Below, in pieces: positions 12,037 to 25,996 of a stretch of 64,000 nt of DNA. The DNA is taken from NCBI RefSeq assembly GCF_009914755.1, contig NC_060928.1. One strand, 5' to 3'. Position 1 is the first letter of the stretch. Every line of letters starts with the position of its first letter. The notes under the pieces were generated by a model, which was not told the origin of the DNA, ran no database searches, and saw nothing but the letters and a program-made list of their open reading frames with translations. The DNA comes from the human T2T-CHM13v2.0 reference genome, Homo sapiens. The position numbers were made by a program, and so were the translations under genes.

Positions 12037-12866
12037 AGTGGGCTAAGGACATGAATAGACAATTCTCAAAATAAAATATGCAAGTGGCCAACCAACATAT
12101 GAAAAAATGCTCAACATCGTTAATGATCAGGGAAATGCAAATCAAAACCACAATGTGATACCATCTTACTACCGTAAGAATGGCCATAATCGAAAAATCA
12201 AAAAACAGTAGATGATGGTGTGGATGCGGTGATCAGGGAACACCTCTACACTGCTGTTAGGAATGTAAACTAGTACAGCCACTATAGAAAACAGTGTGGA
12301 GATTCTTTAAAGAACTTAAAGTAGAACTACCACTCGATCCAGCAATCCTACTACGGGGTATCTACCCAGAGGAAAAGAAGTCATTATACAAAAAAGATAC
12401 TTGCACACGCATGTTTATAGAAGCACAATTCACAATTGCAAAATCATGGAACTAACCCAAATGCCCATCAATCAATGAGTGGATAAGAAACTGGTATATA
12501 TATACGATGGACTACTACTCAGCCATAAGAAGGAATGAATTAACAGCATTAGCAGTGACTTAAATGAGATTGGAAATTATTATTCTAAGTGAAGTAACTC
12601 AGGAATGGAAAACCAAACATTGTTTATGTTCTCACCCATAAGTGGGAGCTAAGCTATGAGGACACAAAGGCATAAGAATGATACAATGGACTTGGGAGAC
12701 TCTGGGGGAAGGTTGGGGGGAGGGGGGCGAGGGATAAGAGACTACAAATATGGTGCAGTCTATACCGCTCAGGTGATGGGTGCATCAAAATCTCACAAAT
12801 CACCACTAAAGAACTTACAAATACCACCTGTACCCCAATAACTTACGGAAAAATAAAAATAAAAAT
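12037..12866 (+). mobile_element. L1PB (L1PB1-like) 3' end
   Basis: agtgggctaaggacatgaatagacaattctc...ggcataagaatgatacaatggac...caaatcaccactaaagaactta, A-rich tail. Confidence 0.9.
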
Positions 12867-14539
12867 TCAAAAATTCTGCCTTTCTTTTTTACATAAAGAA
12901 ACTGAGAATCTTTTAGCCATAATCCCAACCCATTAGCACAGACTAATTTATCAGATTAATTTGAAAGCATGGGAGGCCTGAACTTGAATGAATTAAATAA
13001 AATAGCTAAATTGTGAAACAGGCTAGAGAAGAAACTATACACAACTAGGTTAGCAAAGCAAGAGAACTTATGAGTTATCTGTCAGCTATGGGCTTCTCAC
13101 TCAAACAAGATCAAGGAACCTGGAAAGTGGATACCCAATGTGGGAGTTGCCAGCAGATATGGAGGACTTGTAAAAGACACAGTCATGGACTTCACTCTTG
13201 GCTTAGGGTGACCCTAATTATAAAAAGACTAATTCTGCAGCATGAAATGTTTTATTTATTGACTTTCTTAAGATAACCAATTTATTCTGAAACTAAACCA
13301 ATAATTTGTATACCAATGCTAATTGACTGGGATTATTAAAAGGCTATTTTCCCCCAAATTAAAAAAAAAACTTTTTAGTATGTCCCTCTCCCTCTTTCAT
13401 TCCCTCTCTGTTTTTCTCTCTTTCTCTTTCTTTCTCCCTTTCTATCCCCTCTTCTATCTTTGGAAGGGTCAACAGAATATTGCTAACAAGTTAACACTCA
13501 GGCCACATTAGGTACAATACACTGATTGCATAACAAGGCTGTCAAAGGTTTGCCCATTGGGCAGACAGAGTAACTAGGGATGTCTTTCTGAAAGAAGCAA
13601 TTGCTCATTAATGCAATGTTTTAGTGCCCATTGCCATCTGCCCAAAGTTCCAGGGCACCTGCGCAAGTGGCCCGTTTTCACCCCCTTGAGAGATCCCTGT
13701 TCCTACACAGTGGTATTGTCTACCTTATTCTTTGAAGATGCTGGATATTTGTAGGGCCAAACATTGGGAATTTGTATGTGGAGAACGGGGTTCAGTACTT
13801 GAAGAAATAATTTCATACACTGCAGGACCAAGGCAATGGTTGGGAAAGGCTTCACAATAAGAGAAAGTACTGTGGAATTTTCAGTCACAAATTCTCATAT
13901 TTAACTTGAATAAACCTCAGCAAGAGTGATAAGATCATTGTAAGCTTTAATAATAGACATTCAAATATCATTTCTTGAGATTTGGGTAGCTCATCACTTA
14001 ATAGTTAATATTGTAGTGAACAGAATAGCTGAATATGGCCATGACACATGGCCTATTGGGTAAAGGATTTTGATCTGAAATAGCCTTGTTAATCACATTC
14101 TGTATCAGTTTAAAAGGCTACCAAATTTCTGTAAAGCCAAACTTTCTAGTCACTTTCCAAATGTAAGCTTAAGTTCTGAATACGAATTTATAGGTTCTTT
14201 AAACCTAGGAAAGAGAATGCAAAGCAATTACATTTGACATAGTCATTTTTGCTTCTATGCAATTTTCACACTTGAAAAATGCATTGCAGCTGTGCATGAA
14301 TGTCATTCTAACCCCCAACTTTTTCTAACAGCCACTGGGTGTTTTTCTTTTTCTCTGCCCCTTATCTTCCTACTGAGGATAATTTGGAAGGTAAAGAAGA
14401 GACACATATGTTGCAGGAGCAACATATGATAATGACGATTTTTCTTTCTGTCTTGAAACAATGATCATGGTGATTTTTGGCCTTGTTTATGATTGTCTGC
14501 ATGTGGTACCAAGTACCATTAGGGGATGGCCTCTAACAG

Positions 14540-15515
14540 TACAATTCTGACCATGTCACTTCTTTATTCAAAGGCATCCAATGGCATTACACCTCAGCCA
14601 GAGAAGAAGCTCTTAAGAGATCAGGTGCCTCATTTCACCCATGGGCTGCTCCAGCATTTCCAGCCTCCTCACTCCTGACACATACAGGCACGTGCTCTCT
14701 GTGGAGTCTTTGCACTTCTCCTTTCCTTCCTGAAATGCTCTTCCCCTGGGTGTCTTCATCCTACCTCCCTCAACTCTTTCATCTTGTTTAAAAAATGTCA
14801 TTTTCTCAGTGAGAACTTCCTTGTCTTATTCAGTTTGGGCTTCTCTAATAAAAATACTATAGACTGAGTGGCTTAAACAGCAGAAATTTATTTCCCACAG
14901 TTCTAGAGGCTGAGAAGTCTGAGATCAGGGTACCAGCCTGGTTGGATTCTCAGTTTAGAGACAGCTATCTTCTCATTGTATCTCACCTGGTGGAGAGCAG
15001 AGAGGGAGGAAGCAAGCTCTCTCACGTCTCTTCTTATAAGGACACTAATCCCATTCATGATGGCTCCATCCTCATGACCAAAGGCCTTGCCTCCAAATAT
15101 CATCACACTGGGGATTTGGCTTCAACATTTGATTTTGGGGGTGGGAAACAAAAAATTTAGTCCATAGCATTCCCAAGTGATTTGTTTAAATTTTCTACTT
15201 AATCTCTTCTGTGCTTAAATGTATCTCCTTAGTATTGTCCTTTATCTATTGCCAATGTAACTCATCTATGTATCTCTCTATTTATCACCTGTGTATGTAT
15301 GTATGTATGTACTGTGAATGTGTGTGTATGTATGTAGGTATGTATGTATCTACCTGTCTAGTTTATCTAACTTGCTTCAGAAACAGGAAACTCTTTGAAG
15401 AGCAGTGTTTTTTTCTTTTTAGTTGTTCATTTATGTATAACCATGGCACTAGAAAGTAAGAAGGCAAAAAGATTCTTTGCATATACATTTATTGAAGTAC
15501 ATACTAATTGAATAA
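14540..15515 (+). mobile_element. L2 3' region, split by MLT1A0
   Basis: ctgaccatgtcacttct..ctttgcacttctcctttccttcctgaaatgctcttcccc..aaatgtcattttctcagtgaga. Confidence 0.65.
14822..15169 (-). mobile_element. MLT1A0-type MaLR solo LTR
   Basis: tgtcttattcagtttgggc...agtccatagca; TSD ttcct/ttccc. Confidence 0.85.
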
Positions 15516-17458
15516 AAGTATTTTATATCTACCACCTTGGCCACCTATATGTTTTAAGGTCTACAGAAGGAATTAAAAAAATATACAGTGCAACAAAATC
15601 ATGGCTTTGACTTCTTATTTCTTCTTCATGGTATGAAGTATGTGAGGGGAAAGCCATGGCAATTGTTAGTCTTGTAAATGGGAATTGTGGCATTTGAGAT
15701 CAAGGTTTACTTATTTAAACATGCTTTCTACAATAAAAATTATGTTTCCAGACTCTTATAATTGTATTTTCTGAAAAGAAAAGAGAGTGATAATAATTCC
15801 TGTGGTCTTAACTCTGTTCTTTCATTAGGTTAAAAATTTTCTTTAAATGTCCTAAGAAAAAATTGGATTCAATTTTGGACCAGAATGAATGTGGGAAGAA
15901 CTACAAATTTAGGTGCAAAATTGACCATTCCAAATTATAAAAGTCAATATTTATAAATCAATCTGAAAACAATTGCAGCAACAATGTGTTTAAACAGAGC
16001 TATCCTTGTCACATAGTCATTCTAGGTAAAAAGGGGTCTCTTCTTCATTGAAATCCAAACCACAAGAATTCCAAGTTCCAAATTCTTTCTTTTTTGTGTG
16101 TGGCTAATACAGATTGAAGAAGTCCAAGGAATTCTGAAAATGCTTTTCCTGAATCAGCTTCTTTTTTATTTTAAAGAAATATTTTCTGATGTAGACACAT
16201 TGCCAAAAGATCTTAATAAAGAGTTTTAAAAACTGATTATCCACAGAAAATGCAATTTTTTTGCCTCTAGTTTCAAACAGAAGATGCAGATGAATGACAC
16301 ACAAATAAAGTATTACTAAATTCAAGGGTGTGTTCTTTGGACATCTTTTGAAAAATTGTTCTTTACATAAGTTTTTATATAGGACTTATAAATGTGAAAA
16401 TGTTCACATCACAATGCACACAGGTTTGCATTTGCTTTCTTTTCTACTTAACTTGGAATTTTCTGTGCTTGACTATGTAATATAATAACATTAAAAGACA
16501 CTGTTCTTTCTTCCCTCATGTTTGGGATGCAATTAATGAATATCTAACTCATGACCATTCTCAAGAGATCTTAGTTTCATTAAGAAAAGGTTGAATCTCA
16601 TAACTGTATTAATATCTTGTGAATGTGCCTTATCATATTTGTCTGGGTTTTTGCTATTCATTTCCTTGTGATAAAATTCCTGGGCAGAGCAAGTCTTCGG
16701 AAGTAAGCCCACAGGGCTGCCTGGCAGTTTATTTTGGGAAGGAAATAATCAATTTAGAGCTATTACTGCAGGAGCCCTTATCAAGCTCATTTCCTCATCT
16801 AATGCTTCAGAAGCTAATATTACATGTTTAGCAGCAACTTCAAAGAAACAGTACTGTGCTTTGTAGGTTTTATTAATGAGAAATTACTCTGAGGGCACCA
16901 CGTGTTTACCATTAACATGACTACAATCCACAGACTTGCAAACATAGGTCATAAAAGCCTTAGCTGCCATAGCCCAAGACACTATTAATGTGATTCTGTG
17001 TTAACTGCTGAATTACAAGGGCTGGGGCAGAGGCTGGGGGCTGGAGGGAGGGCAGACTCAGCTAGGAAGCAGTATTATGCCTACAGTCTTGATTTGTCTG
17101 CACTATCTCTTCTCCATTATAGTCCAATGTATTGAAAATAGTGATTTAGCCTAACGGCAATATAGTCAAAACAATGTACAGGGAGTGTCAGTCCATACTC
17201 AGGTAACAATAAGAGGATTGTTTTTTCTGTATGGCACATTTAAATCCAGACCCTTATCTATACAGAGAAGCATTTAATGTTCTAAATTAGAATAGCAGAA
17301 TAGCAAACATGTAGGCATGGCACGTAAGAGATTTGAAGTAAGGAAAAATCAGGGTTAGCTTCAAGGCAAGAGCCTTGATAATCCTGAAAGTTCTTAATTA
17401 GAAAGGTGAGTGATATTTATATCTTCCAAATCAAGATACCTTGGTGTTCATTTCAAGA

Positions 17459-17511
17459 CTTTGCAGTATGATTGTTTTCTGACCTTTGCAGTATGATTGT
17501 TTTCTGACCTT
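17459..17511. repeat. Perfect 25-bp tandem duplication
   Basis: ctttgcagtatgattgttttctgac x2, followed by ctt. Confidence 0.95.
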
Positions 17512-19320
17512 AAATACGAGAATATTATTTTCATTTGCTATATATTAGATTAGACTCGTGGGGCAGGCTGTTCTCTTTGTCAGCTAATAGCAAGCCTCTG
17601 TTGGACAGAAGTAAGGAGAGAATTTTCATTAAGTGTTATCTATACATGTCTCATATAATTTCCCACTTGAACACTGTTTCATTTCCATTTTAAGCTGCAA
17701 CCATTCTGTTCAATCAAAACCACCTTAGGAGGGCTTCTTTTTCATAAACAGATTAAACCAGTTCAAGAAAATTCAGAGAGGAGGAGTGCCCATGCGCAGG
17801 GTCTGCTAGGCTTTACGGACACCCCTGCTGCAGATGAGCTGCAGCTGCACGCTAGGAGCAGCTCTAATGTCCAGAGTGAGAAAACCAAAACATCCCCTGG
17901 AATTTGGCGAGACTTTAGGAAAATTGGATAAAAATATGGAAATTATAGGAAAATCATTAGTAGCTGTTTGGTTATTTTTCTGTGTCAGTAGACTTTTGTT
18001 TAATATATTAGATATTTGAGCAGCACTGTAAGGGCTTTTGTTTAGTTTCTTTCAAATTAAAAATAGCCAGTTGAGCAGCCAGCTTTACAGAGTAGGGTTA
18101 TAAATTAGGAAAAGAAGAAAGGAGAAAATGATATGGAACTTCTAAGTTAAAATAAACCTTCCTATCCAATTTAAAGTTTATAAAGGGGAGAGATACATCC
18201 GAAGGACCCCTTTTTTATGTCTTAGAGTTAGCTATCAAACTAACTCTACGATGACTAATATTTGTTTAGAACTCAATTCTTGTTGAAAGGGGAATATTTT
18301 TGGATAGGGCTCTTTCTTTCCAATTAAAACAAAATTTGCAAAACCCTAAATAAAACTTTGACAGGAAATTAAAGATAGGACATCAATTTTTTTGTTTTCT
18401 TTAAGCAAATTATTATTTTATATTTTCATACAATCCTTTGAAAGAGGTGGAATAGTTTGGAATAGTTATTTTGAAATTCAGTTGCCATAAAACTCAAGTG
18501 TTTCATAAACCAGGTCAAGTTATTTTACCATGAAAGTCAAATGATGGCAATTTTTGAAGAGAAAATATATAAAATGGACCTTTTTTTTTCAATTTTTCTT
18601 TTTTTAAATAACTTAAAAACATTTTCCTACATGCAAATATAATGCAGTATTTGGTTTGGCACAGACATACATTTAGTTTATTTGAGTTTAATAATTATTT
18701 GGTTTAATAATTCCACATTTCATGGTGCTCTATAAAATGGCTCACAGCATCCAGGTGCTCTTCTACCTGAACAAAACTGGGAAATAAGTACCTATGTCTG
18801 TCTTTCAGGCTATTTCTTGAACTCTACTTTATTTGAACTTCATGGGGCTTATAAAAATAACAAGCCCCAATCTCCTCTAAGAACAGGCAGAGAACAGTTT
18901 GAAAGGAATCACTGCACACAACATTTAGGTTTCATCCTGTGTCCTCAACTGTTTCAAAGTTTTTGGCTTCCTTTTGGTTTCCTTTAAAATCGGTATCACT
19001 CATGAGTGCTTCCTTGCCTATATTTATAAAAATATGTATATATTTAAGATGCAGTTATTTTTCAGAGCATTATTTCCTCTGATTTTCTTGCTTCCTTCTC
19101 CCCTTTAAAACTTTTTTATTTCTAAGTTAGTAAAATGACTGTAACTTTTATCATATCTTATCTTAGAATGACAGATTTATCCCTATCTAGTGCCTCCCTG
19201 GTTACTGGGTATGGGAGTGATGATACACAATTTCCACCAAAAACTGAAATAACAAGATGTATAATTTTAGAAGTGGGTATGCATGTCATTTTCTAAATTT
19301 GTAAAATCTACTGCAGGATA

Positions 19321-19398
19321 TATTAGGATACTATCAAAATTGTCATTTTGTAGGTAAAAATAGTCAAATACTGCCAGTTTCAGGAGGTTCATTAATTA
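19321..19398. mobile_element. MADE2-like Mariner MITE
   Basis: tattagg..aaattgtcattttgtaggtaaaaatagtcaaata..tttca..ggttca resembles the ~80-bp MADE2. Confidence 0.6.
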
Positions 19399-20349
19399 TA
19401 ATGTCACTCCTGCATTTGTTAGACATGTTATATTGATTTCCATTGTTTTTACTTCAATACACTACAAAAATATAAACATCTATTTTGAAACAAATAGAAT
19501 CTTCCTCATCCCAGCTTCCTGAGAACACCACCCTAAATATAATTAATATTGTTTTAGATGTCTAATTCCCTGATGTACCATTTCACAATTGCATATGTTT
19601 TTTCTAAAACTTCAATTACTTTCAGTTGTTGCCCCAAATGAATGGAAATGCATAACATCACTTGCTGACTTTAGCTGGAATTAAACTACCAATAATACTC
19701 TTTAAAAAACTAAATATTTTACAATGAGATAGCTGTGAATACTTTAGCACTACAGACTGGGCTATATGATGATGTCACTTTCAGCAACTTAATGAGTTTT
19801 CTCTCCCATGGTTTTGATGATTCATCTGTCCTTTCCTGCCTCTGGATCAAGACCATATTTTACCAGGAGTCCTGTTACATCCTCCCTTGTTCAGCAGAGA
19901 ATTGCTCCCGCCAGTGTTCTTTTTTCCTGTTAACACCTGTACCAAGCTGTTGAGGAAATAGTTTCAAAGCAATCCTTGAAAATGAGATTCTTGTCTCTAG
20001 CTTAAAGGAGGAAACATTTCTTCCAAATAGGAGAGAGATTGTTGTAAAGCCAAAATTACTTGTAGTCGCATCTAAATATTTAATTTTACTTTGTTACTAA
20101 GGTTACTTACTATAGTAAAAATTTTTCATGGGCATGCCACACTGAAAATTGAACCTATGGTTCAATATATCATATATCTTGTTTCTGTGTTATTACACTA
20201 TATTAATAAGTCCATATATTTTCCAGACTTAAATGAGAAGAAAATTTATAATATTTTCTGTATTGAAACTCAATATGTGAAGTTGCCAAATTATTATGAA
20301 TAACCTCATTTTTGATAATAGTCAAAATTAGTTTGTGAATGCATACTGA

Positions 20350-20424
20350 ATCCATCCATCCATCTGTTTTTCAGTCTATCCATCCATCCATCCATCCATC
20401 CATCCATCCATCCATCCATCCATC
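20350..20424. repeat. (ATCC)n tetranucleotide STR
   Basis: Pure run 20378-20424 plus a short upstream run. Confidence 0.95.
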
Positions 20425-20984
20425 TGTCCTGTATTCTGGATACTCTCTATGTAGAGGTGGTTTGAGGATTTGTGGAGAACACAATACCTTTTCTGTAGTG
20501 TTGAAGAAAAGGCATAGAGGTTGGTCTTAAACTTGGAAATGAAGGTTGAGGCATAATTCTACATTGGTTTCTTGAAGGAAGTGGTCATTCAAACTCAGGA
20601 AAGGAAAAACAGAATAAAACACATCCTTTGTTGGAAGAAAGTCATTTAAAAACAAAAATAATTGCAATTTTACATTTATAAACAGATGTGAAATGCATTA
20701 CAAAGGTACTCAATAATTATTTCCCTGAGAAAATAGCTGGTATGCAATGCACAGAAGCCTTCCAACATCTGTCTCTGCTTTTCTGATTCGAGATAAACCT
20801 TGGTGACAGCTGAGAGATAAAATCGTGATCTTGAGACCAGGCACCCAAATTAAGGTCTATAGAATTAAAAAAATAAATAAGAAAATTAGAAGCTCCTCTA
20901 GATAAAAAAGGAGAAAGAGAAGACAGATGGAAAAACAACACACATTAAAAATGACAATAAATATGAGATTGATTCAAGAAGGAA

Positions 20985-21195
20985 AAATGTGGTATTTGGA
21001 CTTAAACAGAACTGGGTTAAAATCTCTAGCTCTGTTTTCTTTTGTAAATTCAGGTAAATTGTTTCAATGTATCCCCATATACATTTTCTCAATTATCAAA
21101 TGAACTCAAACATTTTCTTGAAAATTAAATGAGATAATATATGAAAAGCTATTAGGATTTTGTCTGCACTATAAGAGGTACTCAATATTTGATAG
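20985..21195 (+). mobile_element. MIR
   Basis: ttttctcaattatcaaatg..gaaaattaaatgagataatatatgaaaagc..gtactcaatattt. Confidence 0.65.
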
Positions 21196-21909
21196 ATGTC
21201 TTGCCTGCATTACTTTTGGCATGAATCTCAGGACTTCTAGTAAGCTTTTGTCCACATGATTGGACACACAATAGACTTTTAAGAACACTTAATACAATTC
21301 CTGAATTATTAGGTTTGGATTAAGTTCATACTTCTAAATTCAGATACACCAATAACTTTCTCAACTTCTTTCCCCAATCAGTTTTTCTAATCCAGTGTTT
21401 GAATGTTTATGTCATGTGACATGAGGGAGTGGGTGGGAATACCAGCTATTTTCTCTTCTTGACAATGATCTGTATTCCATGCATGATTCAGAGTGCAAAA
21501 GAGAGGCAGGAGGAGAAATTCAAAAGAATCCTTGTCTGAAACCTCAAACAGAGGCTGGCTAAGGAAGGGGTGAAACTTTTATGTCTTTCCTTTAACTCTT
21601 GACCCTTGAGCCGAGTCAGAGGGGGAAGAATAAAAGGTTTAGAATCCTTGGTATTTTGGTACCTCCTCACTTTCCCTTTACTTCAAGTTCCAGTTCATTT
21701 CTGGCTGTAAACTGTGATACTTTCCCTGATCACACCAAGGGACATTTCTCTGTCTTTTCCTAACTTAGATACTATTGACTACTGCAATACATACATATTG
21801 CTTTAATAATAACTTGAAGTATTATGTTTCATATGTATGCAAATTATTTTCCTAAATGAGCAGAAAGATATCTTCCCAGCCTGTATCTACATGGTGACTA
21901 TCACAGTAT

Positions 21910-23013
21910 TGATAGTGGCAGGAGACAGACAAATTCCTAGGCAGACAAGGGCGAGTCCTTAGTGAAACCCCACCTTCAAGCCAAAGACAACCTGAGGCCT
22001 GAAAACCGGGCTGCCAGTTCCAGGTAGAGTTCATGACCACAGTGAGGATTTACTCAATGCTTGTTAGCCAATTGAATGGTGCTTTTTCCAGGTCCACCCA
22101 TGGACCAATCAGCATGCACTCCCCCATTCTGAACCCATAAAAACGCTGGACTCAGACACACGTGGAGACTACCTGCCTTTGGGCCCCCTCTCACATAGAG
22201 GACTGCCCACTTTGGGTCTTGTCTCATGTTGAGAGTTGCTCTATTGCTCAATAAAGCCGTTCTTCGCCTTGCTCACTCTCTGGTGTCCGCATAACCTCGT
22301 TCTTCTTTGACATGGGACGAGAACCCGGGACCTGCCAAATGGCAGGTGTGAAAGGAGCTGTAACACTATAGCCCTCCCACCCTCTGCCAGCACTGGGCTG
22401 CCCTCTCACATCATGGGAAGCAGCGGAGGGCAGAGCCAGGTCTGTCCAGGAGCTGCTGGCCAGAGAGGGTGGCAGGAACAAATAAGCTGTGACATGTCCC
22501 CCATTTGCCAAAGCCTGCAGGAATGAAGAAGCTTTAACATGCCCCCGCCCCCACCCCCATTTGCTGCTCTGTAGGTGGTGGAAGCAAATGTAAGATGTAA
22601 CACAAATGAGCTGTAACACGCTGTCCCTGCCCTTTTTCCTGCAATGAAGGCAGCACAAAGGGGAGAGAGCTATAACAGTCCTTGGGGGCTCAGGTCTCGG
22701 GACTCCCTGGGCAGAAGCTGTAACACCCCTTGGGGCTCCATGGTTGCTGGCATCTCTGGGTTGGATGCCACCACATTCTCCTTGTCCAGATGCTGGTGCC
22801 AAAGGCAGAGGACAGTTCCAGCATGCCCAGATCAGCACAGAGCCATGGCAGGTGTGGAATCCAAGGTGGTAGTGCCAGTGGAGTGCAGCCTACTGGCCCG
22901 AGTGGGTAGAGTGAGCCCCATGGTGAGCCTGGAGCCCAGCGAGGCTCAGGCAGGGTACTGCTGGCTGTGGAGATTTCTGGCAGGTGAAGCGGCATGGAAA
23001 GAATCTTGTGTCA
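21910..23013 (+). mobile_element. LTR28-like ERV1 solo LTR
   Basis: tgatagtggcaggagacagacaaattcctaggcagac...tcttgtgtca; TG..CA ends, 4-bp TSD GTAT; CCAAT at 22068 and 22105, cataaaaa at 22136, aataaa at 22250. Confidence 0.85.
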
Positions 23014-23301
23014 GTATTCTGTATATTATAGTGTAAAAATATAAATATTATATGCATAGTCTATTCATTCTAACTTGATAATATAAATATATGTACATAT
23101 TTCTTATTTTCAGATTTATTTGGTTTTTCCTTTTTTCACTCGATTTGTCAGCATATGCATTTTATTAGCTTAGTTTTAAGAATTAACATTTTGGATTTTT
23201 ATGTATTTCTGCTTTCTAATTTGTCAATATTTCCTTTAATTTTATTATTTCTGTTCTTCTCTGAAGATTGCTCATTGTTGCTTATAAAATTCCTAAAGTT
23301 G

Positions 23302-23597
<296 letters not shown>

Positions 23598-24729
23598 TTC
23601 TAAAGTTAATGCTAATTTACTTACGGCCATTCTTTCTCATTTAATCATGAAACATTTTAAAACTGTGACTTTGTATCTAAGATTAGCTAAGCCCTGCCCA
23701 CTTAAATTTTATACAAGTGTTTTTACTTTCCTTATGTTTTAGTTTGGTTTTATCTTTTAAGCCATTGTGTCAAGAGGAGGAAGCCTGGACATATTTCATT
23801 TTAGGTCATTTATTTGAGGGTTCTTTTTTGTCCTATACATTTATTTGCTCTCTGTTGCATAACATTTTTATTATTCATCAGATTCTTGGCATACTCATAT
23901 TTAATATTGATGGTATTAACATTTATAAGTTACCCTGAAGTTACCTACATATAATATTTTTCCATTTTTCTGAGGTCCAAACTGGAAGTTAATGTGTTAT
24001 AAAACTAGAGAACAAGAAAGGGATAATTAGCAAGTCAATAGATCTAGTTGTCCATTGAATATTCCTACTTCAATATAGTTGGTGGCTATCTCAGGGATGT
24101 CAGGTCCACCACAATTCTCCGTAATTGTTAAGAGTTACAAAATATTCTCAGTTATGCAATATTGTAGTTGGTCAAGTAAATTATATTAGACAGGTTTTTT
24201 CCAAGTTTAGAGAATGAAAATATTCTTGGAATTGTGTTTGTATGTGTAACAGATCTTATCAATTTATTACAAAAACAAGTTCATATTCAACTTATTTACT
24301 TGCTACACAGTGCTTTAAGTCTTTAAACCTGTATCAACCATGGTCTTAATGTCAATTTTTTCTTATTTTCAAACCCTTTTTGTTTCATGGATAAAGACCT
24401 ATACAATCCAAAAGTTCACACATATAATGTTTTGTTACTCATACATTGTTTCTCCATTCATAGTTTCCTTGAGGATTATACAATTTAACAATGTGAAATA
24501 ACTGTCTTTTATTCTTGATTATTAAACTTGGCCTTGAATTTTTACCTTGTTTAATTTACTACTCCTTGATTTCCTTACTTTTTACCTCATAAATACAATA
24601 CTATACTTTTATTTGTAACTATTTGTGTATATTTTTAAGGTCTGAGTATTTTAAGTAATTAATAGTTGGATTTTGTTTTAAACACTAACCTGAGTGTTAT
24701 GTGTTTTTAAAAAATTTGACTTAATATTT

Positions 24730-25250
24730 TAAATAAGAAATTTGAATACGTGGCTTAAAATCTGAAAGATACAAAATGGCATATAGTAAAGAACCTTTTT
24801 CATATAACTTTCTCCTGGATCCGTTTTTCCCTTCTGGAAGAAACTACTGTTATCAATTTCCTGTGTATCCTTTCAGCAGTAATTTATGGCTATATAATTG
24901 AGTGAATAAATACACGCATTTTATGTGTGTGCATGTGTTCATGCTTGCACACACACACACCCAAAGAGTTCCTGCATCTTGCTTTTTTTTCTTAACAATT
25001 AACCATAAAGATTGTTCCATATGAGCACATAATGTGTTTCTTCTTTTTAAATGGCTGCATAGGATTCCATTTTGCATGTGGACTCAGTTTATTTCATTAT
25101 TCTCTTGATGTATGGTTAGGATCTTTTCAATCTTCTGATATTAAAATTTTTCAGTGAATAATCTTATGCATACCCCATTCATTTTTCACATTTTTAATAT
25201 ATCTATAAAATCTTAGAACTGGAGATGCAAGATCAGGGGCATTTGTAATT
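24730..25250 (-). mobile_element. L1ME 3' fragment
   Basis: actactgttatcaatttcctgtgtatcctttcag; ctttttaaatggctgcataggattccatt. Confidence 0.65.
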
Positions 25251-25335
25251 TCCTTTTTAGAGAATGTATTTTAATTTTTTCAGTTCTTGAAAAGATAACG
25301 CACCGCATATTATAAAAATCAAAGAAGACAATAGA

Positions 25336-25850
25336 GTAGGGGCAGACTAATGCCCCTTTCCCCCATCTCAACCAAAGCTGTCAATATTCTAATTCCTAGA
25401 ACTTGTGAGTATGTCACATTACATGGAAAAAGGACCTTGCACGTACTTGGCAGATGCTTATTAAGGTTAAGATCCCTGGAATGGAGAGATTATCCCGGAT
25501 TATTTGGTGGACTGATCTAATCACACGAATCCTTAAATTGGAGAACACTTCCTGGCTGCAGTTACAGAGAGATGTGAGAATAGATGCAAAGCCAGAGAGA
25601 TGTGATCTTCTGGTTTTAAAGATGAAGGAAAGGGGCCACAAGCCGAGGTATATGGGTGGTCTTTAGAAGCTGCAAAAGGCAAGGAGACGGATTTTCCCTT
25701 AAAGCCTTCAGGAAGATATGCAGCCCTCCGGACACCTTGATCTAGCTCAGGGAGACCCTTGTCAGACTTCTGACCTCCAGAAATTTAAGGTAATAAGCCT
25801 GTGTTGCTTTGAACCCCAAAGTTTGTGGTAATTTGTTACAGCAGCTTACA
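25336..25850 (+). mobile_element. MLT1D-type MaLR solo LTR
   Basis: ctagaacttgtgagtatgtcacattacatggaaaaagg...agaagctgcaaaaggcaagga...gacttctgacctccagaa...aatttgttacagcagc. Confidence 0.85.
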
Positions 25851-25996
25851 CAATGAATAAAGGGAGGAATAGGGAAGAGTAGATCTCCATATACCCCTTG
25901 CCAAAGTAAACTGATGTCTCTCACCAGATGTAGCCGTTCACCAGTTTTCTATGCCTGCTTTCAGATATATTCTATGCCTTTACAAAGACTTACATA

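Noticed and set aside
12703-12735. G-quadruplex-like G-tract
   Set aside because: Standard L1 3'UTR polypurine tract.
13520-13700. C/EBP-like ATTGCATAA, palindrome tgcccattgggca and an HNF4-like site
   Set aside because: May be an old hAT MITE (ends caaggctgtc..gagatccctg); cannot separate enhancer from transposon relic by eye.
22248-23036. Overlapping 101-196 aa ORFs on both strands
   Set aside because: They lie within the GC-rich LTR28 solo LTR and show no recognisable protein motifs.
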